From Takakia lepidozioides (taxonomy: Eukaryota; Plantae; Bryophyta): a stretch of DNA of 64,000 nucleotides. Numbering within the stretch: the stretch's first letter is position 1; every line of letters begins with the position of its first letter. Under the pieces are notes generated by a model, which saw nothing but the letters and a program-made list of their open reading frames with translations, did not search any database and had not been told where the DNA came from. This document shows positions 1-13,000 of this stretch, piece after piece. Where the stretch lies: the NCBI GenBank assembly GCA_030704615.1, contig CM060734.1, positions 9,486,001-9,550,000 on the forward strand, in the 5' to 3' direction. The translations under genes were made by a program, and so were the position numbers.

Positions 1-759
1 GTCTCAACTGCATCAAGGAGCATTCCTAACCCCACTACTTGACAGTATTGAAATTATTTTGTGTGAAGCACACATGGCAAATTCCAATCACATGCTTTCA
101 ATTATGAAATGGGGTCCCTTAGCATGTGGAACCAAGATCAAGAACACTGTACACAGGGGAAGGTACGACAGGTGGCACTTGGGACATACACAGCAGTGTT
201 GAAGCAACATGAGACAATGCCAAGAGGATTACAAATTTAAAAAAAACCTTGCAAAAAGAGAGTCACGCAGCCCAGAACAATTTTCACACACAAAGAGCCA
301 CCTCTCACAGGAGGGTGGCCACTTACATTGGAATTCCAATTCCTCTGAACAAGATCACCCCGTCGTGTTCTCAACAAAGTCGGAGGTTTGAAGAGCATCC
401 CTTCATGCTGAAGAATTTACAGGTAAAGCCAGTGTTAGATCCTTATGCAGATCAACTACAAAAATGTACTTTTGATATGCACAAGGAAATTGACAAAGGC
501 TCCAAAAATTCGACGCACCGGGCAGTTTGTGAACCTCTATCCACTCCATTGTTGCAAGCTCCAGCTCCCATATCCGGATGCTCGCAGTCTTGCGAAGCGT
601 CAGCACTAAGCCGCTGTGCCTTCCTCTCCGCCCCAACGTTCCCTATGCCAAGTTCCCACGATGATAGAAGAACTCGGAGCGTGGAATCCATCGACTTTCA
701 TCCAGATAGTTTGATAATTTCCCGCAAACGGACCTCCAACTGTACAGTTGGTAAACCCC

Positions 760-914
760 GATTCTAACGAAATTTCCGATAAAATTATCCGCGACATGCC
801 CCCGACAGGATCCGTATTTTACGCGACGGAGATTCTCTCTGCGGCCCCCGTTAAGCGGGAAGTGGGGGTTAGCTGGCCAATTCCGGCTCGCAACCCCCCT
901 GTGCGGCCAGGCCC
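760..914. mobile_element. Probable right terminus of a PIF/Harbinger-type element (ends ...GGCCAGGCCC, followed by TTA)
   Basis: GC-rich subterminal stretch ending CAGGCCC, immediately followed by TTA (915-917), the canonical Harbinger TSD. The partner TIR was not found in the window. Confidence 0.4.
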
Positions 915-944
915 TTAGGGTGGAGGCAGAAGATGAAAGAACTC

Positions 945-1545
945 CTACGATATATGGAGGAAAGGGCAGTCCGGAAGCCAAGGTTGCGGGGTCAACATTG
1001 AAGCCTCCCATGATGCCCTGCCCAGTCTTCTGTATAGCTCACTGCACTTGAAGAATCATGGATGGAGCTCGGGACTCTGGTATTTACTGAGGTGAAGTAG
1101 CAGTTGCTGTCCACCACCCCCTGTAGAAGAATAGAGAAAGATTTCATTCTATTCCTATGGTCCGCTGCGACCCTTGTGTTGCTGGGAGCCTTGACAATAA
1201 GGTTACTGCCATCGATGGCTCCTATACAGTTAGGGAGCCACTGTTTTTTCTCGAAGTCACGAGTTACTTTGTGTAAGTGTGCACCATGGGGCCAGCTAAT
1301 GAGGTGTCCCAGCGTCGAACATATTGCTGGCACAACCTCCCTCAATATGTCGTAGACGGTGGCCTTGCCAATCCCAGCCTTGTCAGCAACCAACGCATTT
1401 GTATGCCCATGCATGAGTTTGTACAGCGTGGCAGTGACTTTCTTCTCGACCGAGATAGGCTGCCTCCAATTTGTAGGTTCTCCCCTTATGAAAGGGCGAA
1501 GGTCATTGCAGAGTCGGTAAAAGGTTGCTTTTCTTCACATGGTCT
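945..1545 (-). pseudogene. PIF/Harbinger transposase (DDE_Tnp_4/HARBI1-like), truncated and frameshifted
   Basis: Translation TFYRLCNDLRP...PISVEKKVTATLYKL...IGKATVYDILREVV...LPNCIGAIDGS...KSFSILLQGVVD...PSSIHDS, then a shifted frame ending PYIVG. These are typical Harbinger motifs; the C-terminal catalytic half is missing. Confidence 0.85.
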
Positions 1546-1767
1546 TTGGCATGGTTTGAGTAGATGAGAATCATGTTTGTTGCACACATAACAAGCTGCA
1601 AACTCGAGAGGAGCATGGACATTATGAATTTGAATGAAGGTTGCTCATGTCTGTAATTGTGCATGACTGTGGGCAGGGGCCTTGTTGGTGGCAATGGAGG
1701 GGCCTCCTCTTCAGCTGGTGGGTCGGGGTTCGGTGGGTTCCAGGGTGGTGTGAATGCAGGTCTTGGA

Positions 1768-1950
1768 GGCTCAGGAGGCTGCCAAGGTGCTGGGAACGTT
1801 GGGCCTGCAGGTTCAGGCGGGTTCCAGGGAGGCGGCTCAGGAGGATGCCAAGGTGCTGGGAACGCTGGGCCTGCAGGTTCAGGCGGGTTCCAGGGAGGCG
1901 GCTCAGGAGGATACCAAGGTGCTGGGAACGTTGGGCTTGCAAGTTCAGGC
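1768..1950. repeat. 66-bp coding minisatellite (~2.8 units) inside a Pro-rich minus-strand exon (~1640-2120)
   Basis: Unit CAGGTTCAGGCGGGTTCCAGGGAGGCGGCTCAGGAGGATGCCAAGGTGCTGGGAACGCTGGGCCTG is repeated and encodes PPEPPPWNPPEPAGPAFPAPWH on the minus strand. A CAG acceptor lies at ~2121. May be the last exon of the Harbinger accessory ORF (inference). Confidence 0.85.
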
Positions 1951-4900
1951 GCCAACGTTGGTCGTGGAGGCTCGGGTGGATTCCAGGGCAACATCAACGT
2001 CGGTGTAGAAGGCTTCTCAGGCCAGGCACCAATTTGGGAAGCTTCACACCCATACAATGCACGAGGTGACCTGTCCGACTCGGACTGATTGTCCTCCGTG
2101 GGTTCCTCCGTGTTTTGTGCCTGTATGCAGGAAAGTAGTTTACTACATGGAAGCTCGGCTTTTAGAATTCTTTGTGCTTCAGTAGACTAGTGAGTGCAAA
2201 GCTGGCCTTATGTAGTTGGCAAAGTAACATGTTATGCCACAATAGTAGTGTTGTACACAATTTTGAAACTAGGCACTGCTACATGTTTTGAAGGAAAGAC
2301 AGTGATGGACACAGAATACAGTGGACAAAATCTCCAGCAGTATGATTAATTCTATCATTGTATCAAGCTGTATTTTTGTCAATGGACTTATTTTGCGAGT
2401 GATCATACAGCTGCACTAGTCTCTATCCGCAGACTGTCCCAGCCCGTCCCTTCTTTTAGATACATCAGGACCATGAAAGAGCTTAGCATTGCCAAAATCA
2501 GAGTCAGCACTGTGAGATTGGTGGACCATATGACCAGGGAGGGCGACACCAAAGGAGCCATCGCAAACGCAAGGGGAGCTGCTTTTTGAGATACCATTGC
2601 TGCTCCTCAACACATGAGACCACTCAACAGAGGTCTCTCTTTTCAGATGGTCATGTCTCCCAATGTGGGACTTACCTTGAACACAACTGTGGTGTGAGGA
2701 AGTGTTTTGTCCCTGAGTATAGGGGCCATTAGGGGACTTTCTATGTTGAGAATTGTCCCTCTCATTCAAGGGGAAAATATTGGACTTCTGGGGATGGTTG
2801 GCCCTTGGGAGAGTGTAGGTGCTCTCAGTAGACCCACTCTTCCCTTTGTGGCTATGCAGGCGACTTGACAACCCCACATCATCTTTGGATGGGTACTTTT
2901 ACTCGGTCTCTTAAAATGTCTCTTTCTTGGGAAGGATCTTCAGTGGAGAGCAAGCAACAGGCTGCTTCCCTCTCTAAGCTCTGATGGAATCTGCTATCTA
3001 ATGGTGTGGGGTATCGTTTGTCAGATAGTGCAGTGTCATTCTGCCACTCGAAGGTTCTATGATCTGTGTGAAATTTCTTTCTTCTTGTGAGGAGCTCTGA
3101 GTACCCTCACTCAGCTCTGTTAGTGATGGTGGGCTCCTGTACAATTTGTCATCCTCCTGTGCTGGCAAGTTTTTTGCTGATTGAGAAGTGTTTTGTTTAA
3201 TTTTCTCAAATTGGACAAGTAAGCTTTCGTATGGGGCCTGTAAACTTTCAAGACACTCATCCTGGGGGTAACTGTCACTGAGTTGACTGGTTGGGGTTTC
3301 AGGGGACTCTATCTCTGGTTCAGATGATTGCAAGCTCATAGACAACTTGCTAACCTCACATAGCCTAGGATATTCACATATATAGCCTAGGATATTCAGC
3401 AGTTAACTTCCACCTGGTGATCATGGCTGTCTACTACTTCCAAGCAACTTCATGCAGCTGAATTGAGCATTGTCTAGACGCTTCTATGTGATCGAGGGCC
3501 TCAGTAGGAGCCCTTATCGTCATGTTATGTTACAACCAAATTACAAATGTTAACCAGCTCCTGTCTATGTTTGCTGCTCAAATCTCTCTACTCTCACTTA
3601 TTTCTCCCGAGCTATGGGCAGCAGGTTCAGATGCATCAAAGCCACAGGGTTCTTAGCTCTTCTCACCCCATCACACACAGGATCAAATCCTTCCACAGTG
3701 ACAAGCTGCAAGCTGGCCATCGAACATTTGAACCATTGTTTGATGAGGATAAACTTGTTGTACTTTACTTCACTCTTCAACCCACAAAGCAGAGCGCTAA
3801 ACCAGATGCCGGTTGGGCTGAAAAGAGCAGTAACTATACACCTACACACTTGCTAAGCAATCTCTAGGAATCCCACACGAATATGTACAGATGAAGTAAC
3901 ACACCAAACAACAGTGAGACTCTCAACAGTCTCACATTCGTGGAAAGCTATGGTTGAATGGGGGCCTGAAATGTTTGCATAATTATAAAACACTGAGTAG
4001 TACATCCTCTGCCCAAAGAAAAACGAGGCCAACTCCCGTGGAAAAACTATGTTACTGGTTCAGAACTATTCAACATTTCTCTTTTATTTTGCTTACTTGA
4101 TGTCGTAAAGTATGCAAGCGTTGGCCAGCAGATGACAATCGTTCTCTCAACTCAGCAAACGGATCTGGGATTCGAATCTCATGTAAAGGTACCTGTGGAG
4201 GCTGTCGACCGTCTGATTCAGCATCCTGCGTCACATGGTCACAATGTGGTTACTGCATGCAATCCAATATTTGCACAAACAGACTCCAAAACAATGTATT
4301 TGTGAGGTCTACATTAATGTGGCTATGAGATGCCAACCTGGATCATCTGTAGGAGTAGATACCCACTTGGGTGTGCTCGGACCTCATCGAGGTCATCGAA
4401 TCGCAATGCTAGGTACCTGCAGGTGCAATCTACAATTGAGTCATTGAAGTTGCACATTACATTGCCACACTTTATGCTGAAAGCTGAGCTAGTTGAGAGT
4501 ACCACAAATCATAGGGATTCTCTCCCAACTCCTCTTCCAAATACATCTCGACTCTTGGCAACAGTTCGTGCACAATGTGCTTCATCCTTTGTCTAGACAT
4601 CACCGGGGTGTTGTCAATGTAATTGCACATTATCCTGCCTGCACATAATGAAATTGATTAGTTTCCACCAATAGCACCTTAGGACAATAGCACCTTAGGA
4701 CAAGACAGATGGCATAAATGAAGGCTGGTGTAAACACACCTAGTTTTGTTTCTCGGAATATGGCCTTCTCCACTAGGTCCATTGAGTAGTACCCATAGCA
4801 AAAGTGTTTGTAGCCATGCCAATAATCTTCTATCCTGTGACAATCAGAAAATCAAAAGTATCAAAAAAATATCAAGTCTGTAGCATGTCGAGGGGCTGCT

Positions 4901-5789
4901 CAGCAGAAAGCCCACCCTCGAGGCTATTCTTGGGTGAGGGGGGGGGGGGGATGGGAATGATCTTATTGGAATCATTCTAGGCTTCGATTGTCTTCCTACC
5001 AGAGGGATTCTCTTGTGCACAGATTTCATTCATGCCGTAGAGGCAACACTCTTCATTGGCCTCCTTCAATGCAGACTGCCTGGAATAAGATATATTGCTA
5101 CTACTGCCCTGAAGTCGGTGCATGCACCTGATTCCAAATCTCTTGCATCGCTCTCCTCACATTTGAATAAGACTGGATAAAAAGAAGAAAGAAAAGTGGT
5201 TCAATAACATAGCGTCTCGAAAGGTTCTATCTCCCCAAGCCTATGTAGGGTGTCACATCCTTGCAGGCCCTAATATGAGAGGGCAAACATTCATTGCCAT
5301 ATTTTAATGTCCTTGAAGTTGACAACAAATTTTCTGACTTCTCACCAGCAAACATCTTCAACAAAGGACAATGGAAATTGAACAACAATTCAACTGCAGT
5401 TACATGGCTCTCTTGTTGGTTCAATTGCTTAGGACTGCCATCTCCAGATACAGGGGATGGACAAGCTCACTCTAGAACATGAACTCCACTGCACATTAGT
5501 GCTCAATACCATACGGCAATCAGGGTAAGAAACAATTACAGCATGGTTGTGGGGCATGAGTCTTGCATATGAATTTGGGTGGGAAAAATGCTCACTGGGA
5601 TGTCAACAACCTTTGTCTGCTTTCTGGCTTTGGTCTGGATTGTAATGAGGCCAGCAAGTTGTGGGGGTCATACTTATTCTACAACAAAGCCAGACAGAGA
5701 GTGCAGCACTAGAGGCACTTGAAGTCCTTACCACCAATGCCTCCAACATCTCTTTCTAAATGAAACTTGTGGGCCCTGTGCCTTGTTTC

Positions 5790-6900
5790 TTCCACATTGA
5801 CTAAAATTCAAATGACCCCGGGTGAATCTGTTGATTCACATGCTGGGAGATTGGAAGACATACTCCGGAGATGGAATAACCATGCCATCCCTAACCATAT
5901 GCAGTTGGGATTGTTCATTGAGGGATTGAGGCCCACACAATTGATTAGATTTGTGAAGGAGTCTGTGCCAGCAGATCTTCAAGCAACGATTAATCGGGCT
6001 AAGTTATGGGAGACAGTGCATGCTACCACACACTATCTGCCTGTAAGCCAACCCTCTATGATTACTAGTTCGTGGGATCCAGTAACAGTTGCACCTTTGG
6101 CAAGTGCTTATCCCCTAGCTACGTACCAGCTTGAAGCGGTAGGCATGTATGCTCCAGTTTCGGTGCAGGAGAGAGCGCCCAAAACTTTAGCTTTACCAAC
6201 CCCAGGGTCGCAATAAGATGCAATTATGGCATTGGCCAAGAAGTTTGGCTCAAAATTGGAGGTGAAAATGGCTAAGAAGAAAGAAGGCCGACCCAAATCC
6301 AATAATCAAAGGCCAAATTCTTGGTGTGGAAATTGTAAAGGCTATGGTCATATTGCTACAGAATGCCCTTCACCTCCTAGTGCTGCCAATGCGGAGACTG
6401 ATAAATGCGGGTATTGCGGGAAACATCATTCTATGTTGCAGTGCTGGCATCTTAAAGCGCAATGGGAGTACCACCGGAGAACTCCAATTATCAGAAGGCT
6501 GCTCAATAGACAGCTGGTTGGGGTGTCAACCAGGTTGGAGTTCAGACCTCATGAAATTGGCAAAGACAGACCCAAGGTCCACAAATGGGAGACAACTTTC
6601 GACAGAATCGACCACCCAATAATTGGACACAATCTCCAAGTCAACTTAATAGACCACCGGTTTGGAGAGGAGCTCTATTTCAACAACCGGAGAATCCACA
6701 ACAAGGAGAACAACAATCGTACCCTCAGTATGGAGGACCTGTGAGGCGGACCAGGAATGGCCAATATCCTATGTGTTATCGTTGTCACGAAATATGACAT
6801 TATGCGAATGAATGCCCCAACCCGAGAGCGTAGGAAGAGTACATGCCGCTTTGTGAAAGGTGTGGATTGCAAGGCCATACAGCTGGTGTCGACGTGCGGA
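5790..6900 (+). pseudogene. Ty3/gypsy gag fragment with zinc knuckles
   Basis: QMTPGESVDSH..RL...FIEGLRP (retrotransposon gag), then CGNCKGYGHIATEC, CGYCGKHHSMLQC and CYRCHEI*HYANEC. Contains stops and frameshifts. Confidence 0.8.
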
Positions 6901-7214
6901 GGATTGAGTTAGTCGCGGAGATGGGGTGTGCCTATGATCGTAGAAAAGGGAAGGAGAAGATGGTGGAAGACTTCTATACATAAGGAGAGGAGCAATACCC
7001 CACACATTCGGTGTTGACCTGCGGTCAAAAGAGAGCTTGTCCATACACTCGATCAACGGAAGAAAAGGGAGAAGGAGGTGTGCCTAAATTGGATGGGCCT
7101 ATATCGACTTCTCAGCAATTACATTGCCTAAATTGGACGAACCTTCCCCTCGTTTGGACCCAATATATTGGATGGAGATGCTCCACAAGTGGATGAGTTA
7201 CCTCCCCTATTAGA

Positions 7215-8260
7215 TGGTTCCTCTCATAAATTGGATAGACCTTCCTCTATGTTGGATGCGGGTGCACGGATGAGGTGTAGTGTAAAAAGAGGTCGTTGAA
7301 AACTTGAGGGGATGTTTTGGCAAAGTGGTAAGAGGAAAGGATGAATGAAAACAGTGAAGAAGGACAAGGTCCCGGGTTCAAACCCGGGAGAAGACACATT
7401 GTAAGTACGGATCTGCTGAAATAAATTAAGGGGCATGGAAGGATGGAAAGGAGGGATGAAGGACGACGCGGACGGATGAGATCCGTGAAGGGAACATGAG
7501 ATTATGGATATCAAGGCAATATAGCAATATTTCACCAGATCCAAGGTTCAAAGCTGGGAAATGACACTTTTAAGAAGTGTTATTAGATGGGCAAGAACCA
7601 AGGTTCAAACCTGGAAAGCCACGATTTTTGGTAATGTATCTCAGGAAAATATTGTTTATAGGGAAGGTGGGCCATCTCCATAAACCAGTGCGTAAATAAG
7701 GACGGTGGCACTAAAACTTAGAAGCCGGCATTATTAAATGCAAGGCCTAGGAGCAAGTAAAGTATTAATATTTCCAGGGGAAAAATCTGCAGCCAGCCAA
7801 GCTTAAATAGAGGGCTCCTCGCTGCACTAAGCAGACTGATCGTGATGAAGAAAGAGGTGATGGAGAAACTGAGAGAAGGACGTAGGGAGAAAGGTTGAGG
7901 GAGATCAGAAGAGGAGAGGAGAGGATCAGGAGGTGATGGAGCTATGTACTTGGTGATCTTTTCTAAATATTATGACACTGGCAGCAGGCATTTGGGTGTA
8001 ATCGTCTTGTATTTGCTTATCATGATTAAAAGCCCGTGATGAAGCGGCTTGCATCTGTTGTAGCATAATCTTTGATCTTTTGAATGGGTCTCGAGCTGGG
8101 TCAAGAGAGCTACACGGTAGGGAGCTAGGGAATTTCGAAAGGACGTAATTTGCTGTAGATGAGATACCAGTTTACAAAGCATTTGGCTTCTTCAATGACT
8201 TGGCTTTAGAAGGAATAGAGGGTAGTCCTACCTATTGCTGCCACTAGAGCTTACACATCA
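7215..8260 (+). mobile_element. LTR-like remnant next to the gag fragment
   Basis: Non-coding; three copies of an AAGG..GGTTCAAA(C/G)C(C/T)GG motif, a TATA-like TTAAATAGA, and a ...ACATCA end. No partner LTR was found. Confidence 0.3.
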
Positions 8261-9486
8261 GGAAATATCTACATCCATCTAGAATTTAAAAAAATATGCT
8301 TCAAACATAATATTCACTTTTGATTTATGCTCACCAAACTGTTGGTTATGCCTGCTCACCAGCCACCAACACTCTCTATGTGGCTGCTCTTCCTACTTGT
8401 GGAATTTGTTATCAGATTTCACTGACTTGCATTGAACATGGAATTCCTATATTGGTTCAGTATGTGCAGGTCAATATACCTAAATGGAGTAAACATTCAG
8501 TGGTAACAGCACCACCAAGTTTCTTGAAAACTCCCATGCTCCGAATTTTCATACAAGGACAATGCTTCAACCATTCTTATTTAAAACCTGGCTGAAAATT
8601 TCCTTTGTAAATTTGAGTCCGGAAAACGCCATTCAAGAGATGGATGAGGAACGGATAAAGAGAAGAGAAAGAAACTATATACCATCTTGGAGAAAGTATA
8701 TTGAAGGAGTCTGCAATGGGCACCATACTGGCACCTCTTTGGCCTGTACAAGATCAGTCACTAGAACTACCATGGTGAACCCTAGTTGCACAGATCAAGG
8801 AAAGGGTGCCACCTACTCTTTGCACACAGATAGATAGAGAACTCACTAGTAAAATTCTCTAACAGTACAACTCCATAGCATTTTGCGATTGTCCCCATAA
8901 ATACCTCTTCGCATGAGTCCACAATCTTAGTACAGGGTTGAGAGAGAAAGAGCCTGACACATGGTCTTCAGTTGTGACAGCCTTTGAGTGGGTGCTGCAT
9001 GCTGTAGTTACTAGTACAATCAACTTACAACCCCTTCTTAGTTGAAATGGAAACTTGGGCATCAGACTGCTACACACTCGGACGACCTCCCAGTTGGATG
9101 ACAATCCTAACAAGGAGTGCATGAGTCCTTCCACAGAAATTGAATTTTACTCCAGCAGGTTCTACAGGCGATGATATATCCCTGTACTTAGGACAGAAAC
9201 CTGGAATCACATTTGAGACGCTACCAAATAAAATGGTGGTAAGACCATCAACACCATCATGCACAGCAGTGACTGGCTTCTACAACACCTCATAAGCACC
9301 CAACAGTGGATGTGGATAATTACATTTCATGCACTGGATTTTTGTTTAAGTTCCAGAAATAACAAGAAAAACCTAGCCATGATGTTGGCTAGCAGCATTC
9401 TTCGGGCAGAGAAAACGGACTTCTTCATTCAAATAGGACACCCTTATGAAGAGGCTATAGCAATTCAGTTTCGCTGTGTTTATAGC

Positions 9487-12400
9487 TCATTGGACAAACC
9501 ACCATAGCTGCAGGGGCATAAGCATCCGTAAAGGCATAGAGAACTGCTTCAATGAAGAACCAAAGAGGCCATAGGTAGCTGTAGGGACCTCTCAAAAATA
9601 CACATGCCTTTGGATATGCAAGGGGAGAAAGAGGAAACAACCTTAGTGGAGCCTGCAAGCTCAAGTAGCACAGTGTGTGAAGAAGATCCTTTCCCAACAT
9701 TTCTTAAGACATAGGGCAGCTCTAGCTCACACAGCGCCTCCCTTACTAGCCTTGCAAACTGTCTCTCACACACAATGAAAGGAACTCAATGAGCGAGGCA
9801 AAGAAACAGGAAATTCCAACGATAGTTAATGTCCATGCAATAAAGAATGTGATGTCATAATCAAGTTTCCATCTCTCGTCGTATTCAGGCAGGTCAGATT
9901 GCTATGATATTTCATACAGGCATTCCACACATGGAGCTCACATAGGACTGGACTACTAATCCCCGAATTAGCAAAGGGACTAACCAGAAGTCCCAAGTTC
10001 AGAAGTTGTTAAATGAGTAACAAAGACACTAACCTGGTTGTTCTCATAAGAGAAAAGCTCCAGCTTCTTCTCTGGTGCCTCTGATATTGCCCGTGGGAAC
10101 AGCATCATGCCTCGGCCTGCCCTCATGAGTGTGGGTACCCACCCTGTGACCAATGTGCTGGAGGGCAGCCCCACGTAATCCTCTCAGCATTGAAGTAAAG
10201 CACTAAGACATCGTAAATTCCCTTTTTGTCCACAAGGTGGCCCAAAATGAATGCTGGGAGGAGGAAAAAAGTGAGAATGCAATGGCACCTTACTAAGAAG
10301 CCGGGAGATGGCTGTCGACCTGCACCGTACTCGCTGAACGAGTACTTCACTATGTCCGCTGCAGCATCCCAGAACCACAGGCTACACTGTTTTGATAAAA
10401 AGATTTTAAGAATCCTCACGATATGCAACCTTCTCAGCATTAATACTCTCGAGACCATTTACACAATCAGGCCATGCAAGGAGCATTAAGATAAGCAGAA
10501 GAAGGGAACAAAAGAGAACGTGGGACGCAGGGAGAGAAGACATAGATCCACATGACCCCTCTCAGCGTTTGTTTCCGGTGGCTGTTGTTCAGCCTGGTAG
10601 TCTGATCATTCCCATAGCGTCCCTCAGTTCAATAGAAGTTTGAGAAAGTAGAGACATACAGCTTTCATACATAGAGACGCCCGTGTTGGGATCCAAGAAG
10701 AAGGGAAATCTGCCTCGCACAAACCCACACTAGAGTTAAGACTCTCGTTCCAAGTCTTGCTCATAAACACAATGCTTTTGCAGAGCTTGGACATGGAGAG
10801 AGGCTCTGAGGCAATATCAGGAACACAACAAACCAATTTGAAGTGTGCCTGAAGGGTAAGAATCCAATCGCTTCTTCTTCCCTCCCTATTAGAGCTGAAC
10901 AAACATTATGCTGTTGAGTATCATGTAGGTGTCACTACATCTTCTGTGACAACTGTCGTCAACCGTGCTAGATGGGAATTTCAGACTTAGTGCACACCCT
11001 GGACAGGTACAATCCTGCATCCATCTCCAAAAGGTATGCTGTCGGATGATGCCCGCAAGGGTACGTCATAGCCAGCAATTACAGGAAAGTCAATCCGTGC
11101 ATCTCTTCCCCTCTTTTGCATGTGCCTCATTTAAAAACAAAGGGAAGAAGGAAGAAAATATATAGAATGGTGGAGAGTGCGGGCATCATGAAGCATACTG
11201 ATCTTTTCCACCAGCATGGCGCACAAAACTCTCGATGTCGTAATGAGCCCTTTGGACATGGGTACACCTGCAATGTGACCACCATGACACCACCTTATAG
11301 CAGAAATTGGCAGAAATTTGCGCACTCTCTCCAAAAAAGGAAACTCATGCATTACATAAAACTATAGCACTTAACTTACCCAGTACAATATCAAGATGCC
11401 TATTATGCATCAAAATCTATGGTCTTCAAAACCAAAAACAAGTTCAGGTCACATGAGTAATAAATCTCAATGAGGTAGCAAGAAGTCTTTGTTATGCAAA
11501 AAGGGAGGGGCTACCTCACAAGATCAAGCTCTGTCAGAGCTTCTCTCACCCGGCAGAATGGGCATGCGTCTGGTCCACACAATACAACTCTTAGTAAAGA
11601 CTGGGTTTATCTGTACCATGCTCTCCTCCCTCCCTTTTGCATCAATGCCTCCAGTTACCCCTCCAGGGCACCTTTCTTCTTGTGACTGGCTAGATACAGT
11701 TCCATGTCAAAAATGTGATTGGATCTATCATGTCAAGCTCTGGGATTAATAGTTTTGAAGGCACACGTCTGTGGATTTAAGGCTATCACACTTAAGCAAC
11801 ACTAAAACGTCACACTTGAGAGCACATCACCTCTGGTAGGTAGTTATGATTACCAAATTCATAGAGCTGAAAAAGCTGAAGGGGTTGGCCTTTCTCTGGA
11901 CACATGGTTGCAGCCTCAGGTAGGACCTGGGAGCCCCATGGTAATCTTGCCAAACTTGCCACCCCTGTTGTTGCTGTCTGATACGACCACAAATTGGGGA
12001 GTAGGGAGGATTGCAGGAAGACAACCCACAACAAGAGGGTAAACGCCAACCACAGAGACAGATAGATGGAGAGAGAAGAACAAGATGAAGAAGAAGAGCA
12101 AGAGTCTCAATTTCTGCATGTATACCCTTTGACACCAACAAGATCAAAGTCATCCAATTTCAAAACCAAGCATATCTTAAGTGTGATGTAGCAACACTTA
12201 GCAATCCCAAGCAGGGAATCGAAATACCTCAAGGAAGGCATTGTGAGGTGCTGCAGCATCTCTGCCCTGCACATTACTACCACCTCAGCTTGGATGATGA
12301 GTCTTGGGGAGGCTAGCTGGAAGTGGACATCCCAATACTACAGTGAGCCCTAGCAATTGCAGGAGATCCGTTCCATAGGGAGATTAAATAATTGATTGCT

Positions 12401-13000
12401 GATACTTTTGGTCTTTACAGCTTTTCAACAAATTGATTCTTGCTAGAGCAACCTATCATGCAGGTGGGTTTCCAATCTGGAGGGTCAGATTCAGAAAAAG
12501 GGAGAGAGATATCCCCATTGACAGCTACTTTTAGCTTAAAGGATTTGAAGTTGATCTTAGAAGGTCAAGGAAAGGAGGTCAGGATCATATACCCAACAGT
12601 GTGTGTTCTTTCTTCCCCAAAAAATGGTATTCTTTAGGTGCTTCAACAGTTAGCGTGTCTTATTTTTTGAAGTGCATAAAACCTGCACAAATCTTGTGAG
12701 ACGGAGAGAGGGAGAGCACCCCACGGAGCTTGAGCAAGGGGCAAGGAAGCTGCCAGTCTTGTCAATTTTTGGAATAGTTGCCAAGCTTCCATCTGACTCA
12801 TCAACCGAGACCCCCTCCACTCCCTCCTTTGAAAACTCCCCCTCAGAATCACCAACTGCAGAAATGCTTAGTCTCTTTCTTGCATTACGACTTAAATTCC
12901 TGCCATCCCAAGTTCAGAAACATAAGGCCTACAAGAAACCATTCTGCATTTGAAGCCACTGATGCACTTTTTTGCAAGATATCCAGACAAGGAGGTGAAA
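9487..13000 (-). pseudogene. Tandem GST N-terminal/thioredoxin-fold protein (At4g10000-like), multi-exon, frameshifted
   Basis: GT-AG exons at ~12720-13000 (..GSFL/CPLLK), 12228-12266 (GRDAAAPHNAFLE), 11854-11977 (TATTGVASLARLPWGS..QLYEF), 11515-11569 (ACPFCRVREALTELDL), 11199-11267 (VYPCPKGSLRHRE), 10660-10709 (FPFFLDPNTGVSMYES), 10289-10358 (DIVKYSFSEYG), 10034-10157 (TGWVPTLMRAGRG..ELFSYENNQ) and 9642-9758 (FARLVREALCELELPY). Indels in at least three exons, last exon degenerate, start codon not resolved. Confidence 0.8.

Noticed and set aside
2400-5700. Scattered minus-strand ORF pieces that look like a decayed host gene
   Set aside because: No recognisable motif and many stops; a product cannot be assigned.
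7360-7620. GGTTCAAACCC motifs as tRNA/SINE B-boxes
   Set aside because: No A-box or cloverleaf; these are repeated motifs inside an LTR-like remnant.
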